From Vicugna vicugna (Eukaryota), in the NCBI GenBank assembly GCA_013265495.1, contig MU057640.1, positions 505,303-569,302 of the forward strand: a DNA stretch of 64,000 nt, in the 5' to 3' direction. The notes under the pieces are model-generated. The model made no database searches, was not told the origin of the DNA, and saw only the letters and a list, made by a program, of their open reading frames with translations. The position numbers and the translations under genes are program-made. Below, in pieces: positions 27,550 through 39,989 of the stretch (positions are counted from its first letter, which is position 1; the number at the start of each line of letters is the position of its first letter).

Positions 27550-27584
27550 ATATATATATATATATATATGTCATATATATATAT
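27550..27584. repeat. Interrupted (AT)n microsatellite
   Basis: Read directly from the sequence. Confidence 0.9.
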
Positions 27585-27789
27585 GAGTATTAAAAGTTTG
27601 AAGGATGCTGAAGAGCTGTTTCTCTTTTGACTGAGGACGGGACATGAGGCGACACATTTTAATCATTTTAAATTAGACATTTGGAAGCCTTTTCTGACTT
27701 GGGAGAAAGAGTAATATGTCATCGGAGCAAGCTCTCGAGTTGCACATTGAACTCGTTGAAGCAGACTGTTGACTATTTTTCTGACACTT

Positions 27790-28085
27790 ACATGTAACTT
27801 TATCACACAGGCCTCCCCTGACCCCCTGACCTAAAGTAAACACCCCCGCCTCCCACCATATTCTTCCTTTGCATTTCACTCTGTTTACCTCCATAGCATT
27901 TATGACATTTTTAAATTGCATATTTATTTTGTATTTAGCATTTAATGTCTGTCTCTTTAGATTGTAAACCACCTAGAGGCCTGGCTGGTCGTTATTTGGT
28001 TCACCTCCTATATACCAAGTCCCAGCACAGTGGTTGTCACATAGCAGGTGGCAGTAAATGTTTGTTGAATGAATAGGTGAGTGAG
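27790..28085. mobile_element. L2 LINE 3' end
   Basis: 'ttagattgtaaacc', 'cccagcacagtggttgtcacatagcagg' and 'taaatgtttgttgaatgaat'. Confidence 0.75.
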
Positions 28086-28369
28086 TTTCAGAGGTGGCTG
28101 ATTTGGTGCTAGTGCTTTTTGATGGAGATGGATCCTCTGTTTGACTTTCATGTTAAGAAAACTCCCAAAGTCCTTATCTCTCAAGGGACTTTAGGTACTG
28201 TTTCTCCTTCCCGCCATTGTATTCTGGGGGCTGGTCACACATAGGTGTAAGTTTCTTTAGTTTTAATGGGCTGCCCCAGCACTGAGCACCGAGCACCGTG
28301 GGCTGGTCAGCCTGTGCCTGGTTCTGGTGGAGGAGACGGGGGGGAAGGTGGAGTTCCACTGGAGGCACA

Positions 28370-28840
28370 ATAAAGGCCAGTGGAACACAGCTTGATTGTG
28401 CTGGTTATTTCCGTGTACTCCCCCAGATCCGCCCTTTGTCCTTCTTTACACCGCCCTGTGCCCCGGGAAGCTGACCCCGGTGGCTGCATCAGTGAGGCTC
28501 CCTTGCCCTCTGGCTCCTGGTTGAGGTTGGCCATTGGCCAATGGGAGGGCAGAGCAGGAAGACGAGGATGGAGGGAGAAAGAGATTGGGCCATGTGTCCC
28601 TGCGCCCGGTTCTCTGGCATGCGCGCTCAAGAGTCATGCTGCAGCCACAGCCCCTACTGGGAGCACTCCATGGCACACTCTCTAGGTCTCGCAAACGCTC
28701 TCTCTGTCCCTCCGGGAAAAGCAGTGCTCATGGCTCCCTGCTGTTAATTCCCCTGGGTGCTTCACCATTCCTTGTTGTCCCTTACTCCTGTCCACACCTC
28801 TGTAAACAGTCCTCACACTGAACTCTGTACAAATGGGCCG
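28370..28840. mobile_element. ERVL LTR remnant (LTR16-like)
   Basis: 'ctcccttgccctctggctcctggttgaggttggccattggccaatgggagg' is typical of the LTR16 family. Confidence 0.6.
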
Positions 28841-29912
28841 TTCACTCCCATGACTGTTTGCTCGGGCACCACACCCTCAGATCTTGCACCCATCTTAACC
28901 TGATGCAGGGAGGGGACTGTGCATCTAATCACAGTGGGGTATGAGGTACAGGATCAGAGGAGAGGTTGGAGGAATATTTTGTAGTAAATCCAAATGTGAT
29001 CACCTGTACCTGAGGTTTCTGTTTCTGGGGAAATACAAAAAAATCCCCAAGAACCTACTTTGGGTTACAATTTGGGGGGATGTCATGAGAAGGGAGCTCT
29101 GTTTCTCCCTTGGTTTCTCTCATGGGCCGGGCTGGCTCTGGCTGCCACTGCTCCAGTGGCCCCATGACCTCGAGCCCCAGGAAGCCCATCAAACTCTGAT
29201 GCCTTCAGAACAGATGCCCCGGCGTGCGGGCACTGCCGCTCCCAGCTGCTGGTCTGGGGCCTGTGAGGCATCTGCCCTCGTTCTTTTTCTTCCCTTGGCT
29301 TTAGAGGCCTTTACTTCCCTGGTGAGTTGATTAGAACAGCCTCTCTGAAGTTGAAATTGCTTTTCGTGGGGTAGACTGGAGCTGGGCAGCCAGCATGGCC
29401 GGGGGAGGTCGTGGAGTCACCAAACAAGAGCTGGCCTAGAGGGAGAGGATGATAAGACCGAGACCGACATTGGTGTACCGCTTTAGAGTGTTCAAAGCAC
29501 TTTAATGTGAAGGAACACATTTATGTGCCACGAAATGGCCTCATGGGGGGCTGGGCATTGTCACCCTCACTTTGTAGATGTGGAAAAGGGCTCGGGCATC
29601 CTCCAGTGCCTCGCCCAAAGTCACAGGGCTGGAGAGTGGCAGAAACAGGACGGAGACCCAGGTCATCTGACCCCACGTCCGTCTGGCGCCCTTTCTGCTC
29701 TGCTTCTGCTGTCTCTGAGGGAGCAGGCAGGGTTGGGCTCTGTCTCTGAGACTGTGAGCTGGAGACAGAAAAGCTCCAGTGTTGGGAGGAGAGAGCCCAG
29801 GCTGTTGAGTCCTCCCCAGGAGCTCCAGTTCCTGCAATGCCCTTGGGGGCCCCTCCTCCTGTCCCTCCTGCTTCGAGTGACCTGAGGCTGCTTTTCTGTC
29901 CTTGCTTTTCAG

Positions 29913-30040
29913 AAGTGGAGCTGCCCCTGAAGAAGGATGGGTTCACCTCAGAAAGCACCACCCTGGAAGCCTTGCTCCGCGGGGAGGGGGTCGAGAAGAA
30001 GGTGGACACCAGGGAGGAGGAAAGCATCCAGGAGATACAG
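29913..30040 (+). CDS. DPF3: DPF3 coding exon (exon 4): (E)VELPLKKDGFTSESTTLEALLRGEGVEKKVDTREEESIQEIQ
   Basis: Acceptor cttgcttttcag|AA and donor CAG|gtattt; 128 nt. Joins the previous exon as G|AA=Glu and ends in phase 0. The peptide is in ORF 29837-30094. Confidence 0.97.
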
Positions 30041-31179
30041 GTATTTCTGTGCTTGCTGGGGGGACGCCCCCGAGCACCACCGCTGTGCTCCTGAGAACTC
30101 CAGCCCCGGCTCTGGTCCTCCTATCACGGAACAGGGCTGTGCCTCAGCTACTTCGGGGCGCCTTTGCTGGGGAGCTCGCAAATTCTTTTCTGATTTAACC
30201 TGTCCCCGTTTCCCCTCCTCTCCCTGTTTATCCATTCAAAATGCAGTTTGGGAGCCTACTGTGCAGCAGGCACTGTTCTAGGTCCTGGGGGGTGCAATGG
30301 TGAGCAAAACAGACTGGGTCCTGTTCCCCAGGGAGCTGAGAGTCCACAGTCCAGCTCTGAACTCTCGGTTGTCTGCACCAGCCTGTCCAGAGTGATTCCC
30401 TTCTCCACCCCATCCTCGGCGCCAGTACACCAGCCGTCTTATCCTTTCACATCACTGCCCACTCCTTCTTCAAGGCCAGTTTCGAAGTCACCTTCCTGGC
30501 AGGGTCAGTGGCTCCTGTCCCCGTGTGTTCACCATCCTCTGTGCACAGCGGTACTAAGGCGGTCACCATGCAGGGTCACCATTCAGGATTATAATGGTGC
30601 ACTCTGACTGTTTCTTATTCATTTTTCTTGACTCCCCAATGTCGAATCCAATGGTTGGCACAGAGGATTGTAATAATATTAATTAATACAAATAGACATA
30701 ATAGTCCTAAATATTAAACATAATTAAATTATTAAAGTTAAATTACATTTATAGTTTATATTGAATTTTTATATTTTATGTTGTACAGTACATATGATAA
30801 AATTATGTTTATTAATTTTACTTCCAATTTGATATTTACAGATTAATTTATTAGCATTATAATTAAATTACTAACAGTTACATTTTTGGTTTGCTTTGTA
30901 AGTAGCACCAGTGTGTGAATTTCACTGAGTCAGGGACCAGGCAGGCGGTAGTGTTCACCATCGTACCCTGGGGGCCTTGCACCTTTGGGCAGAGTCAGGT
31001 GTCCCTAAAGGCAGTGAATGAGTCAATGAATGTGGCCTTCTCTGCTGTTCCTGCGTTCAGATGAATCTTTTCTATTCAGTCGAGTCTTTTCTATTTGGTT
31101 GTCACAACATGGCTTATCTTTGCTCCCTCCTCAACTCTGAGCCCCAGCCCCAGTAAAGATCCTTATTGACTGTGACCTT

Positions 31180-31930
31180 TGTTTGACACACTTTGGAGTT
31201 GTCTTCAACCCCAGTCCTTCTCTCACACCCAATATCCATTCATCAGGAATCCTGTCCGCTGTGCCCTCAATGTAAATCCAGAGCGTAGCCCCTTCTCACC
31301 ACACCCACCTGGTCCAGGGCACACGCATCTCCCGTCTGAACTCTTGCGGTAAAGTGATCCCCCTACTGATGGTTGAGAGGGAGCCCTTGCCGTGCTCAGA
31401 ACCCGCGCTGGCCCCTGTTCTCTGGAGTATGAGTCACGGCCCTCCTACCTCTCTCCAACTCACTGCTTCCTCTCTTCCTTCCTTCCTCACTCGTCTCCAG
31501 GCCACCACCTCCTTCTGCTGCCCCCCCCCAACACACTGGCCCGCTCCACCCTGGGCTTTGCTCTGGCTGTAGAGTCCTCTCCCCACACATCTGCTGGGCT
31601 CTCACTCTCACCTTCTTCAAGGTTTTGCTCCTGTCCCTCCTTCTCTGTGGAGTTGACCCTGACCACTGTGTGCAACACCACATCCTGTGCGCCTGATTCT
31701 TACATGCTTTCCTCTCTCCTTTTCCCCCGTAGTTTTGTCACCATCTAACAGACTTCATAGTTTTCTGATTTATTATGCTATGGTTTATTTTCTCCTCCAG
31801 TAGCATGTAAACTCCTCAACGGCAGGCCTCTTTGTTCATCTCGCTCACTCATGTACCTCAAGCACCTATACACTGCCTGACACGTAGTAGGTGTGCAACA
31901 GATGTTTATTGTGTGGGTGCACGAGTGAAC
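31180..31930. mobile_element. L2 LINE 3' portion
   Basis: Pyrimidine-rich L2 body ending 'tagcatgtaaactcc...gcctgacacgtagtagg'. Confidence 0.75.
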
Positions 31931-32849
31931 AGATTCCTAAGAGTTGCCCGTCCTTGGTCCGTCCCTTCTCCGACATGTCCTCCTCTGCTAGCTGACCTTT
32001 CATCCCCAAACACAACTCTGCTTGTGCCACGCCCTTGTTTAAAAAACTTGGCTAAAACACTTTTGTTTCCTGCTAAATAAATCTGAAATGATGAGTGTGA
32101 TCGTCTTGAGCCCCCTCTCCCTGCTCCTAACCTAGTTTTCAGGCTTATTTCCCACAGTTCCTTTACTCCCTCTGTTCTGCAGCCTCTTCCCTCCGTGCCT
32201 CTGGTCATGCTGTGCCCTTTATCTGGCGTAGCTTTTCTTCCATCTCCACGTGCACAAATTCCACCCATCTATTAGGCTCAGCCCTGTTACCACCTTCCCC
32301 ATGAAGCCTTTCTTGATAACCGCCCTCCCTTTCCCCCAGTTCTCTTTTTACCACCGGCATTTAGGGCACCTGGGAGTTTCTTCTTCTTCTAATTCCTTTT
32401 TTTTTTTTTTTGCTATTCATGTATTATCCCCCATTTTTGGACTTTCAGATCTTTGAAGTCAATGTCTGTCCCATCTAGATTGCCCATTAGAGTAGTTTTT
32501 GCTTGGTTAGTGTAATTTGACCGAGTCAGTGAGTGGGACAGAACCATTGCCCAGAAGCCTTGATGCTCCAGTGACAGTCAGCCCTTTCCCTTTCGAGCTG
32601 GCAGTGGGTTCAAGTCCTTCTCAGGCAGCGTTGGGCCAGTATATGGGTTGTCATTGTTGAATCATTATCATCACCATCATCCCTGATGTAAACTGAATGC
32701 CTACTATGTGCAAAGCATGAAAGCCACCATCTGCTGTGCTAGAAGCCAAAACCAGGACCAAAAGCCAGATGAGTTTACATGTTCTTATTGGCTTTGATTA
32801 TTAAAATCAAGTGCACATCTAGCAAATGGTCTGTTTTGTTCATTTTCCC

Positions 32850-33495
32850 ATTCATTTATTTGCTCCATCAAAGTTTATCGAGTGTCTCCTCTGAGCAGGC
32901 GTGGTGTCGGGTTCTGGGGAAATGGAGAAACCAAGAGAGACCTGTCCCCTCCACTCATATTCTGTTGTGACATAGAGACAGAAAGCAAGGACACAGACAA
33001 AATAATTGCATTTCAGGATACTTGCCTTGAAAAGAAAAGAGCATGAAGATTCAGTATAAGAGGAGGGACAGATTCTAGGTAGTGTCCTAAGGGAGACAGG
33101 GACTTAACTCAGTCCTGTGAGATGAGAAGGAGCTGAGCAAGTGAGGAACCTGGGAAACAGCATTCTGGGCAGAGGAAAGTGCTCCTGAAGGCCTCGTGAT
33201 AGGTCCCAGCTCATCGTGTTGAAAGAACAGACAGAAGGCCGGTGTGGTTGGTGCACAGAGCTGAGGAGAGAAGGGCCCTGGCGAGGTGGGCAGGGCCAGA
33301 CCTGCAAGAGGCTCTCGGTTTCATGAGACATGAAAAGGAAGCCATTTGGAGGATTTTAACCAGGGCAGTGAGTGTGTGTTTCCTCCAGATCCCTCCAGCC
33401 ACTATGTGGAAGAAAGACGGGATGCAGGGCCCGCAGTGGAAGGAGGGAAATCAGCTAGCAGGTTTTCGCACTGTTTCAGGCCAGAGATAATGGAG
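32850..33495. mobile_element. L2 LINE fragment, opposite orientation to 31180-31930
   Basis: Begins 'cattcatttatt'; contains 'gcattctgggcagaggaaa' and 'ggaagccatttggaggatttt'. Confidence 0.75.
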
Positions 33496-33523
33496 TCTTT
33501 AAAAGGGAATTCCTTCTTTTTTT

Positions 33524-33525
<2 letters not shown>

Positions 33526-33554
<29 letters not shown>
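33526..33554. repeat. (CA)n microsatellite
   Basis: Read directly from the sequence. Confidence 0.95.
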
Positions 33555-33555
<1 letters not shown>

Positions 33556-34689
33556 CCATGAACCATTGTTAGCATCACTGTAAAGACTGTTTAGAGTAAC
33601 AAGGAGAAGAGTTATTTTAAAATGTGTTTATTTTTCAGATAATGTCCTTGGACAGGGAATGCATGAGTTACCGGGGGATCAGCCGCATCTCTAGTTGGAC
33701 ACCCTTGCCCTTCGTTGCTAATACAGGACGCCCCCTCTGCTTCCTGAGCCCTGAATAGAGCTTTGTTTGTTAGGAACTCCCGGCTCCTCCCGACTTATGT
33801 AGAGAGGCCTCTGGTGTCAGGGCCACGTTGCAGGAGATGCAAAAACACAGGGAATGCTGCTGTCACATCTGAGGCCTGGGGCTTGGACTGGAGGTTCTAG
33901 AGATACAGGGAAGCCAGTGGGAAGAGAGAGAAGTCAGCTTACTCCAAGACACTGAGGCCATGCGGCACGTCTGGGGACTCGTGCAGCTAGTGCAGCTGCC
34001 TTCACTGATTTTTCACCTTCCAACCCAGAGTCCATATTGCAGGCAATAAATACCTTCATAATGAAAAACGAGCTTGGAGTCAGAATGGCACTGAGATGCC
34101 AGAGGCAATGACCTTTAAATTCGAGGCACTTGGAACTTACCACGATTAAATGACTTCAAGACCCAGAAAGTTAGCGATGGCTATACAAACAGCAACCACA
34201 GGCACAACAACACCTCGTATTTATCCTACGTCTTTGCACGGAAGACTTGTCATTGTATCACTAGTGTCCCCACCTACAGTTCAGAGAGGCTGGCCTAGCT
34301 GTGGGCCAGAGGTCGTCTCCAGCTGCTGCTGCTGCCTTGTCGGATGGCGAAGGTCGGCCTGGAGACCCTAAGTGCTGCCAGCTGACGACTTTCCACAAAA
34401 GCATAGCAGAGAAGCCAGACAAGAATTTACTAGTCCCGTTTTGAGTTCCTTGGGAGGATTTGGTAATTGGCAATATCCTGACCCCTGTCATGGGAATGGG
34501 GCTCTATGACAAGAAGCAGCGGGAGAATCTCGCTGGAAACTCGCCTCTGGGCTTCCTGCTCGGAGGACAGGCCAGGGGCGTCGTTAGGATGCTGCCTGAA
34601 CAGTGATGGTGATCCCAGAAGGCGGTACCGTGCATACTGCTTTCTAAGCCTTTTCCCAGCTTGTGTGATTGTCATATCATCACCACAAG

Positions 34690-35215
34690 GATGGGTGGAT
34701 GCTGTTATCCTGTACAATTTGGTGCCCACCTGCCTTTCTAGCATCATCTTATGCCAGTCTCTCCCTGAGACACTGAACTCTCATCGCACTGGCCTCTTTC
34801 TGCTCCCTGGACAAGCTGTGTTCCCCTCCCTGCATCAGAGAGCTTGCTCATGCTGTTCCTTCTTCCTGGAATACTTTTTCTCCTTCCCTCCCCCTGGTCC
34901 CTATTCCCAAGGTTAGTCTCTGTTCATCCTTTCCATCTCAACTCTCTTAGTTCATTTCCTCAGGTAAGCCTTACCTGACCTCAGATTAGGTAAAGTTCCC
35001 TTCTAACAGCCTGTCTTAGAGCCTTGAACTTGCCTGTCACAGTTTGCATAGCAGTTGTAACTATATGGTTATATACGTGGTTTGAATCTGTCTTCCCTTC
35101 ATTAGACTGTAGAGTCCATTTGGGGCCAGGACTATAGCTGTTTTGTGGCTGGTCCAGCACAGCACCTGCCATGTCATCAGCCCTGGACAAATGTTTGTTG
35201 ATAGAATGAATGAAT
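34690..35215. mobile_element. L2 LINE 3' end
   Basis: 'ttagactgtagagtcc', 'ccagcacagcacctgcc' and 'aaatgtttgttgatagaatgaatgaat'. Confidence 0.75.
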
Positions 35216-36226
35216 TCCTATTTGATAATTGGGGGAATCTGAGGCATGAAGTGATGAGGACTCACCCAAGGTCACACAGTGAGCCTATGAAGAACACCCA
35301 GGGTTCCTGACGTGGAATCCAGTGAGCTCCATGCTCTTCCCCTTCCCCAACTTCCACTCTGGGGGCTGGGTCCTTTTCCCTCCCTTAAACCTAGAGATAC
35401 ACACCTTACCTCCCCTTTCCTTCCCTCCCCCAAAGGGAGTGAAGTGCTCAGGTCCTATAGGAAGTACCATAATACACCTTGGAATTCTCAGACACAAGGG
35501 CTGAGAAAGAGATGGAAAGCTCTGAGCTGATGAACCTGACCTTGCTTTGGATGCGCTGTGTGATCCTGAGCAGTCGAAACTTTCCCGCCTCAGTTTGTTT
35601 ACCTAAAAAGAGATTGGATTCTCTGCTGCAGTGTGACTCACAGGGCTGTTAGAATTAAATTCATGATCTTTAAGCTCCATTACAAGTAATGTGCTGTAAT
35701 GAAAATCCATTTCTCTTAAAAAAAAAAGATGGAAGATGATTAATGACACATTAATGTCAAATTCTGGTGAGATGAACAGGAAGTTACTTGTTCTCATCAA
35801 ACAGGGCAGGGTTCCAGGATGCCAGGGAAAGGAGAAACACATTTTCATCTTTGAGGTGGCCCTTTAGGAACAAGAGGACAATTACATTAGAGTAAGTTTT
35901 GACCAGACATCCTGGGCCCACGTAGGAGAGTATCCCTGCCAAAGTATTCTCTTTTTAGAAAACACTTCTTGGGCAAATAGAATTGAAAAAGGTCAGCGTT
36001 CTGGGAGAATGTGGCTGACACGGTCCTGGGGGTTTGAGAGAGAGATGGTACCGCCGAGAGCTCCAGCTCCGGGCCAGCATGTTGGAGGCCTAGCTTCCCA
36101 AGCAATGGCTGCATCTTCACTGTGTTAAAAAAAAATACCAAAAAATCAGAACACCCCAAATAACCCTCTGATGGTTTTCTCCTTCGCATTTTATTTCTCA
36201 TCCCCTCTATTTTCTTGTCCTTTCAG

Positions 36227-36322
36227 AGGGTTTTGGAAAACGATGAAAATGTAGAAGAAGGAAATGAAGAAGAGGATTTAGAAGAGGATATTCCCAAGCG
36301 GAAGAACCGGACCAGAGGACGG
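36227..36322 (+). CDS. DPF3: DPF3 coding exon (exon 5): RVLENDENVEEGNEEEDLEEDIPKRKNRTRGR, acidic stretch plus basic NLS-like segment
   Basis: Long polypyrimidine tract ending tttcag|AGG and donor CGG|gtaagc; 96 nt, phase 0/0. The peptide is in ORF 36215-36454. Confidence 0.97.
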
Positions 36323-36416
36323 GTAAGCTGGGGATGCTGTGAGGGGGCAGAGAGATCAGGGAGGCTGGCGCCTGGTGAACAGCCAGTCCCCAGGTCCAAA
36401 GGCCCACTGCAGCTAG

Positions 36417-36565
36417 CGGGGAGGGCACAGCTCAGTTGTAGAGTGCGTGCCTAGCTTGCGTGAGGTCCTGGGTTCAATCCCTAGTAACTTCATTAAATAA
36501 ACAAACAAATCTAATTACCTCCCTCTCCACCCCCACAAAAAAAAAAAAGTAAGAAAAGAGAAAAA
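36417..36565 (+). mobile_element. tRNA-derived SINE of the camelid Vic-1 type, with long TSD
   Basis: Head ggggagggcacagctcagttgtagag (A box), B box ggttcaatcc, 'ctaattacctccc' and A-rich tail. Flanked by ccaaag[g/t]cccactgcagctag at 36396-36416 and 36566-36586. Confidence 0.9.
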
Positions 36566-37689
36566 CCAAAGTCCCACTGCAGCTAGACAGAAGTCTCATC
36601 CATGGTCTTCCTGCAGAGCACCCAGAGAGGAGACCTGCAGATGAGCGTGTATCCCAGGTGATAACCTGCAAGAGTTTAGAGCTGGCACGAGAGGGAAGAT
36701 GAGGCAGAGGGCGCCCCGAGGGGGATGGGGAGGGTCTGGGGAAGTGGGGTGGGGTCTGGATTGGGGTGGAGGATGAGGAGCCTGGGACTGCTGTCCCCAT
36801 TCCTCAGTCGTAGAAGGAGGCTGAAAGCATCCTGTCCCTGGGGCCATCCCAGAATGACAGGGCGAGGACACTTGCTTTGGGGTGTGTTTCACTAGGCAGA
36901 GAGTGGAGCAAGCTGGGAAAGCGTGGGGACCATAGCTGATGATTCCCAAGTGGGTGTGGCAGGGGCTTTGGAGCCTTGTGGGCCTGGAATGTGGCTAGAA
37001 AAGGCCAGAAGCCTGGGGAATGGCTGAGGGGAAATCCGTGGTAGAAGGAATGAAAATATGATGGTGACCCTTGAGGGGAGGGAGCCAAACCTGAGTGGTG
37101 CTCTCAGGCAATCTGGTTGGTCCTCCAGAGCCCCCAGGTTCAAGCCCGAAGGGGTTTTCTGTGGTCACCTTCAGGGGTCTGTGCGAGTGTCTGACAGTAA
37201 CCAGGTGGAACGGGATCCCTGAGGATGAACTGCTCTGGGTCCGGAGAATCACCTCTTTGAGGCCTGCCCGGCTCCTTCAGGCTCTAGGCAGGATGCTTAC
37301 CCCTCTCATGGACAAGAGGCTAGTCCTGGATGCCCTCTGGGCTTGTGATAACTGCGCCAAGCCTCTCTGTTCCTGTGGCTCTTGTGCCTGAATATACATC
37401 AGAATCACCACGAGAGCCTATTGGAATGCAAACTCCCAGGACCCACTCCCAGAAGCTCTGATTCAGGAGGCGGTGGGGGGAGGCCTGGGGAGGCCTGGAG
37501 AGCTGTATTATAAGTAAGCCCCTAGGTGACTGGTGCAAACGATCCGGTGCTGCCCACACTGAGTGACGATGCTCCGGCGCCGATGGGACCTGGAACTTCT
37601 CCATCTGGGCAGGGCAGCCCTTTGATGCTGCACACCGTATACAGTCAGCACCCAGTTTCAGCAGTGATCTGTATTTTGACACTCTTGTT

Positions 37690-38470
37690 TTATCTATTCT
37701 TTACTCCCATGTGTTGTTAGTTTGTATGTTTTTTTTCTCGGTTTGTTATTTTGGTTTTTTGGGTTGTTTTGGTGGAGTATTTGAAAGCAAGTCCTAGACA
37801 TTTTATCTTTTATCCTGCTCACACTTCAGTGTATATCTCTAACAGGTATCATTATTGTACTCAATAAGAGTAACTATTCTAATATCTATTATCCAGTCCT
37901 TAATCGTTTCCCACTGATTTTCTCAAAAATCCCTTTTTACAGTTGGATTGTTTGAAACTTAAGTCTCTGGTATTCTATAATCTACCCCTTCCTTGCTACT
38001 CCCTACCACACACACAGTTTTTTCTCCTTGCTCTTTGTTTGTTGAAGAACCTGGGAGGCTGGTCCAGTAGAATTTCTCATATTCTAGATTTGGCAGACTG
38101 GTGGTGTTTAATGTGTCCCTCCATTCTCTTTATTTTCTGAAAACTGGTGGTTTGATGAGATACTTGATTTGTGTGTGTGTGTGTGTGCGTGTGTACATGT
38201 GTGTGTGTAAATATTTTTTGGTGGAGCTAGAATCTTTCCTAGCTGTGATATGTGCTTCTTATTGCTTCACATCCAGAGACATATGCTGTTCACTTGTTCT
38301 GTCTTCAGTGGTGGTTAAGTTGATCATGGATTTAGGTGTTGTCAGCTTGATCTCTCCTTAGAAAGTACCCCATCATGCTGTCACCTAATCATCTTAGTGG
38401 CCACTGATGAACTTGCCTGGACTCATGACTGCATTGGGGGTTACAATATAATGAATTTCTAATTCCATCA
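37690..38470 (-). mobile_element. Old L1M 3' UTR fragment with an internal (TG)n tract
   Basis: 'ttgaaagcaagtcctagacat', 'tagaatttctcatattctagatttggc' and 'ttctaattccatcatt'. Confidence 0.6.
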
Positions 38471-39324
38471 TTAAAAGCAGTTTTAGAGTGTGGAGTTTAT
38501 TTGCTGTGTACCTCTGGGTCTGCTTCCATCCCTTCCCTTAACCCAAACCAAACTTACTGCAACCTAGACATTGAACTTATGGTCAGCAAACATGAATGGT
38601 GTCTCTTCTCTGTAAGAACACCAGCAGAAGCAGCAGCCCCAGCCGTTTGAACTTTCTGTAGGCTTCCTGTCCACCAGACAATGTGATGAGGCTCTTTACA
38701 CTTCTGTTGGGACTGAGAGGCAGTCTAAGGCTGTACACCTCAGTGCCTGGTGGTCCCTGAACCACAGCATCAGTGTCACCTGGGAGCTTGTTAGAACTGC
38801 AGAGCCCAGCCTCCACCCTAGATGGACTGAATTAACACCTGCACTTTAACAGGACCCCCACCCAGGTGCTTTGTGTGCTCACTGAAGAAGTTAAGGCTAA
38901 GGTAGTGATGACAAGAGCAGTCTCTGCATTGTTTGAACCATGAGTTCAAATCCCAGCTCCACCACATACTAGGCTTTGGGTGAGTTATATAACTTCTGTG
39001 ACCTTGACCAAATTATATAAGTATTCCAGGTCTCAGTTTTTGCATCATTAAAATAAGGGTAATAATATGCTACCAATTTTGAGTACTTAATAAAGGCTAG
39101 ATGTTTCTAGGAGGGTGCAAGCAAAGGGAATAACTTTCAGAACTTTGACAATGGAGATTCCCTGACAGGTGAGGGAAATTCAGACCTAACAATTAATAAC
39201 TGTGTCTATGGCAACTTGAGCCTAACAAATCACCGCTCTTTAAATTTCATGAAATTCCTGTGAGCCATCCATGTGAGGATTATCATTCAGTTGATCAATC
39301 AGTATTTGTGATGCACTGTGGTGC

Positions 39325-39847
39325 AGCCCGGTGCATCTCAAACTTTAATGTGCATGTAAAGCACCTGGTGATCTTGTTCAAGTGCAATTCTGATGCAGTA
39401 GGTCTGGTGGGTGGGGACTGAGATCTTGCTTCATTAGCAAGATCCCAGGTGATGCCAGTGCTGCTGGTCTGAGCACCGCACTTTAAATAGCAAGAGTTTA
39501 GAGCAAAGGTTCTCAGTTTTTTTGGTCTCAGGAATTCTAAATTTAAAAATTACTGAGAGCTCCCAAAGCTATTGTTCTAGTGGGTTATAACTAGTGATAC
39601 TTCCCATATTAAAAATTAAAACAGACAAAATGTTAAGAATACACGAGCACTCAGAGTGATGGCACCATCATATCAGGTAGCCTCTGGAAAACTCCACTGT
39701 GCATTTGTGAGGGAATGTGAGTGAAAACTTTCAAGTAACATTTTAGTACTATTACAAAAATAGTTTGGACATTGCAGACCACTGAAAGGGTCTCAGGGAC
39801 ATCTCCCCACCCCAAGGATCCCTGGACCACTATTGAGAACAACTGCT
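39325..39847. mobile_element. MER5A-like MITE (about 39325-39500) abutting a Charlie1-derived hAT element (about 39503-39847)
   Basis: 'tctcaaactttaatgtgcat...gatcccaggtgatgccagtgctgctggtc', then 'ggttctcagtttttttggtctcagg' to 'ggaccactattgagaacaactg'. Confidence 0.75.
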
Positions 39848-39989
39848 ATAGAGCAACTAGCCTTCTGCTTGGGGCTGAGTCTGTCCTAGTCGAGAGTTGC
39901 AGGAAACTCATGACTTGAGCACAAGTGGGAAATATTTGAGAAGCTGTTGGGCTATTGCCCCACATCTGAGCAATTTTTAAAGATTCAGG

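Noticed and set aside
36418..36490. tRNA-like sequence
   Set aside because: It is a SINE head with an A-rich tail and TSD, not a functional tRNA gene.
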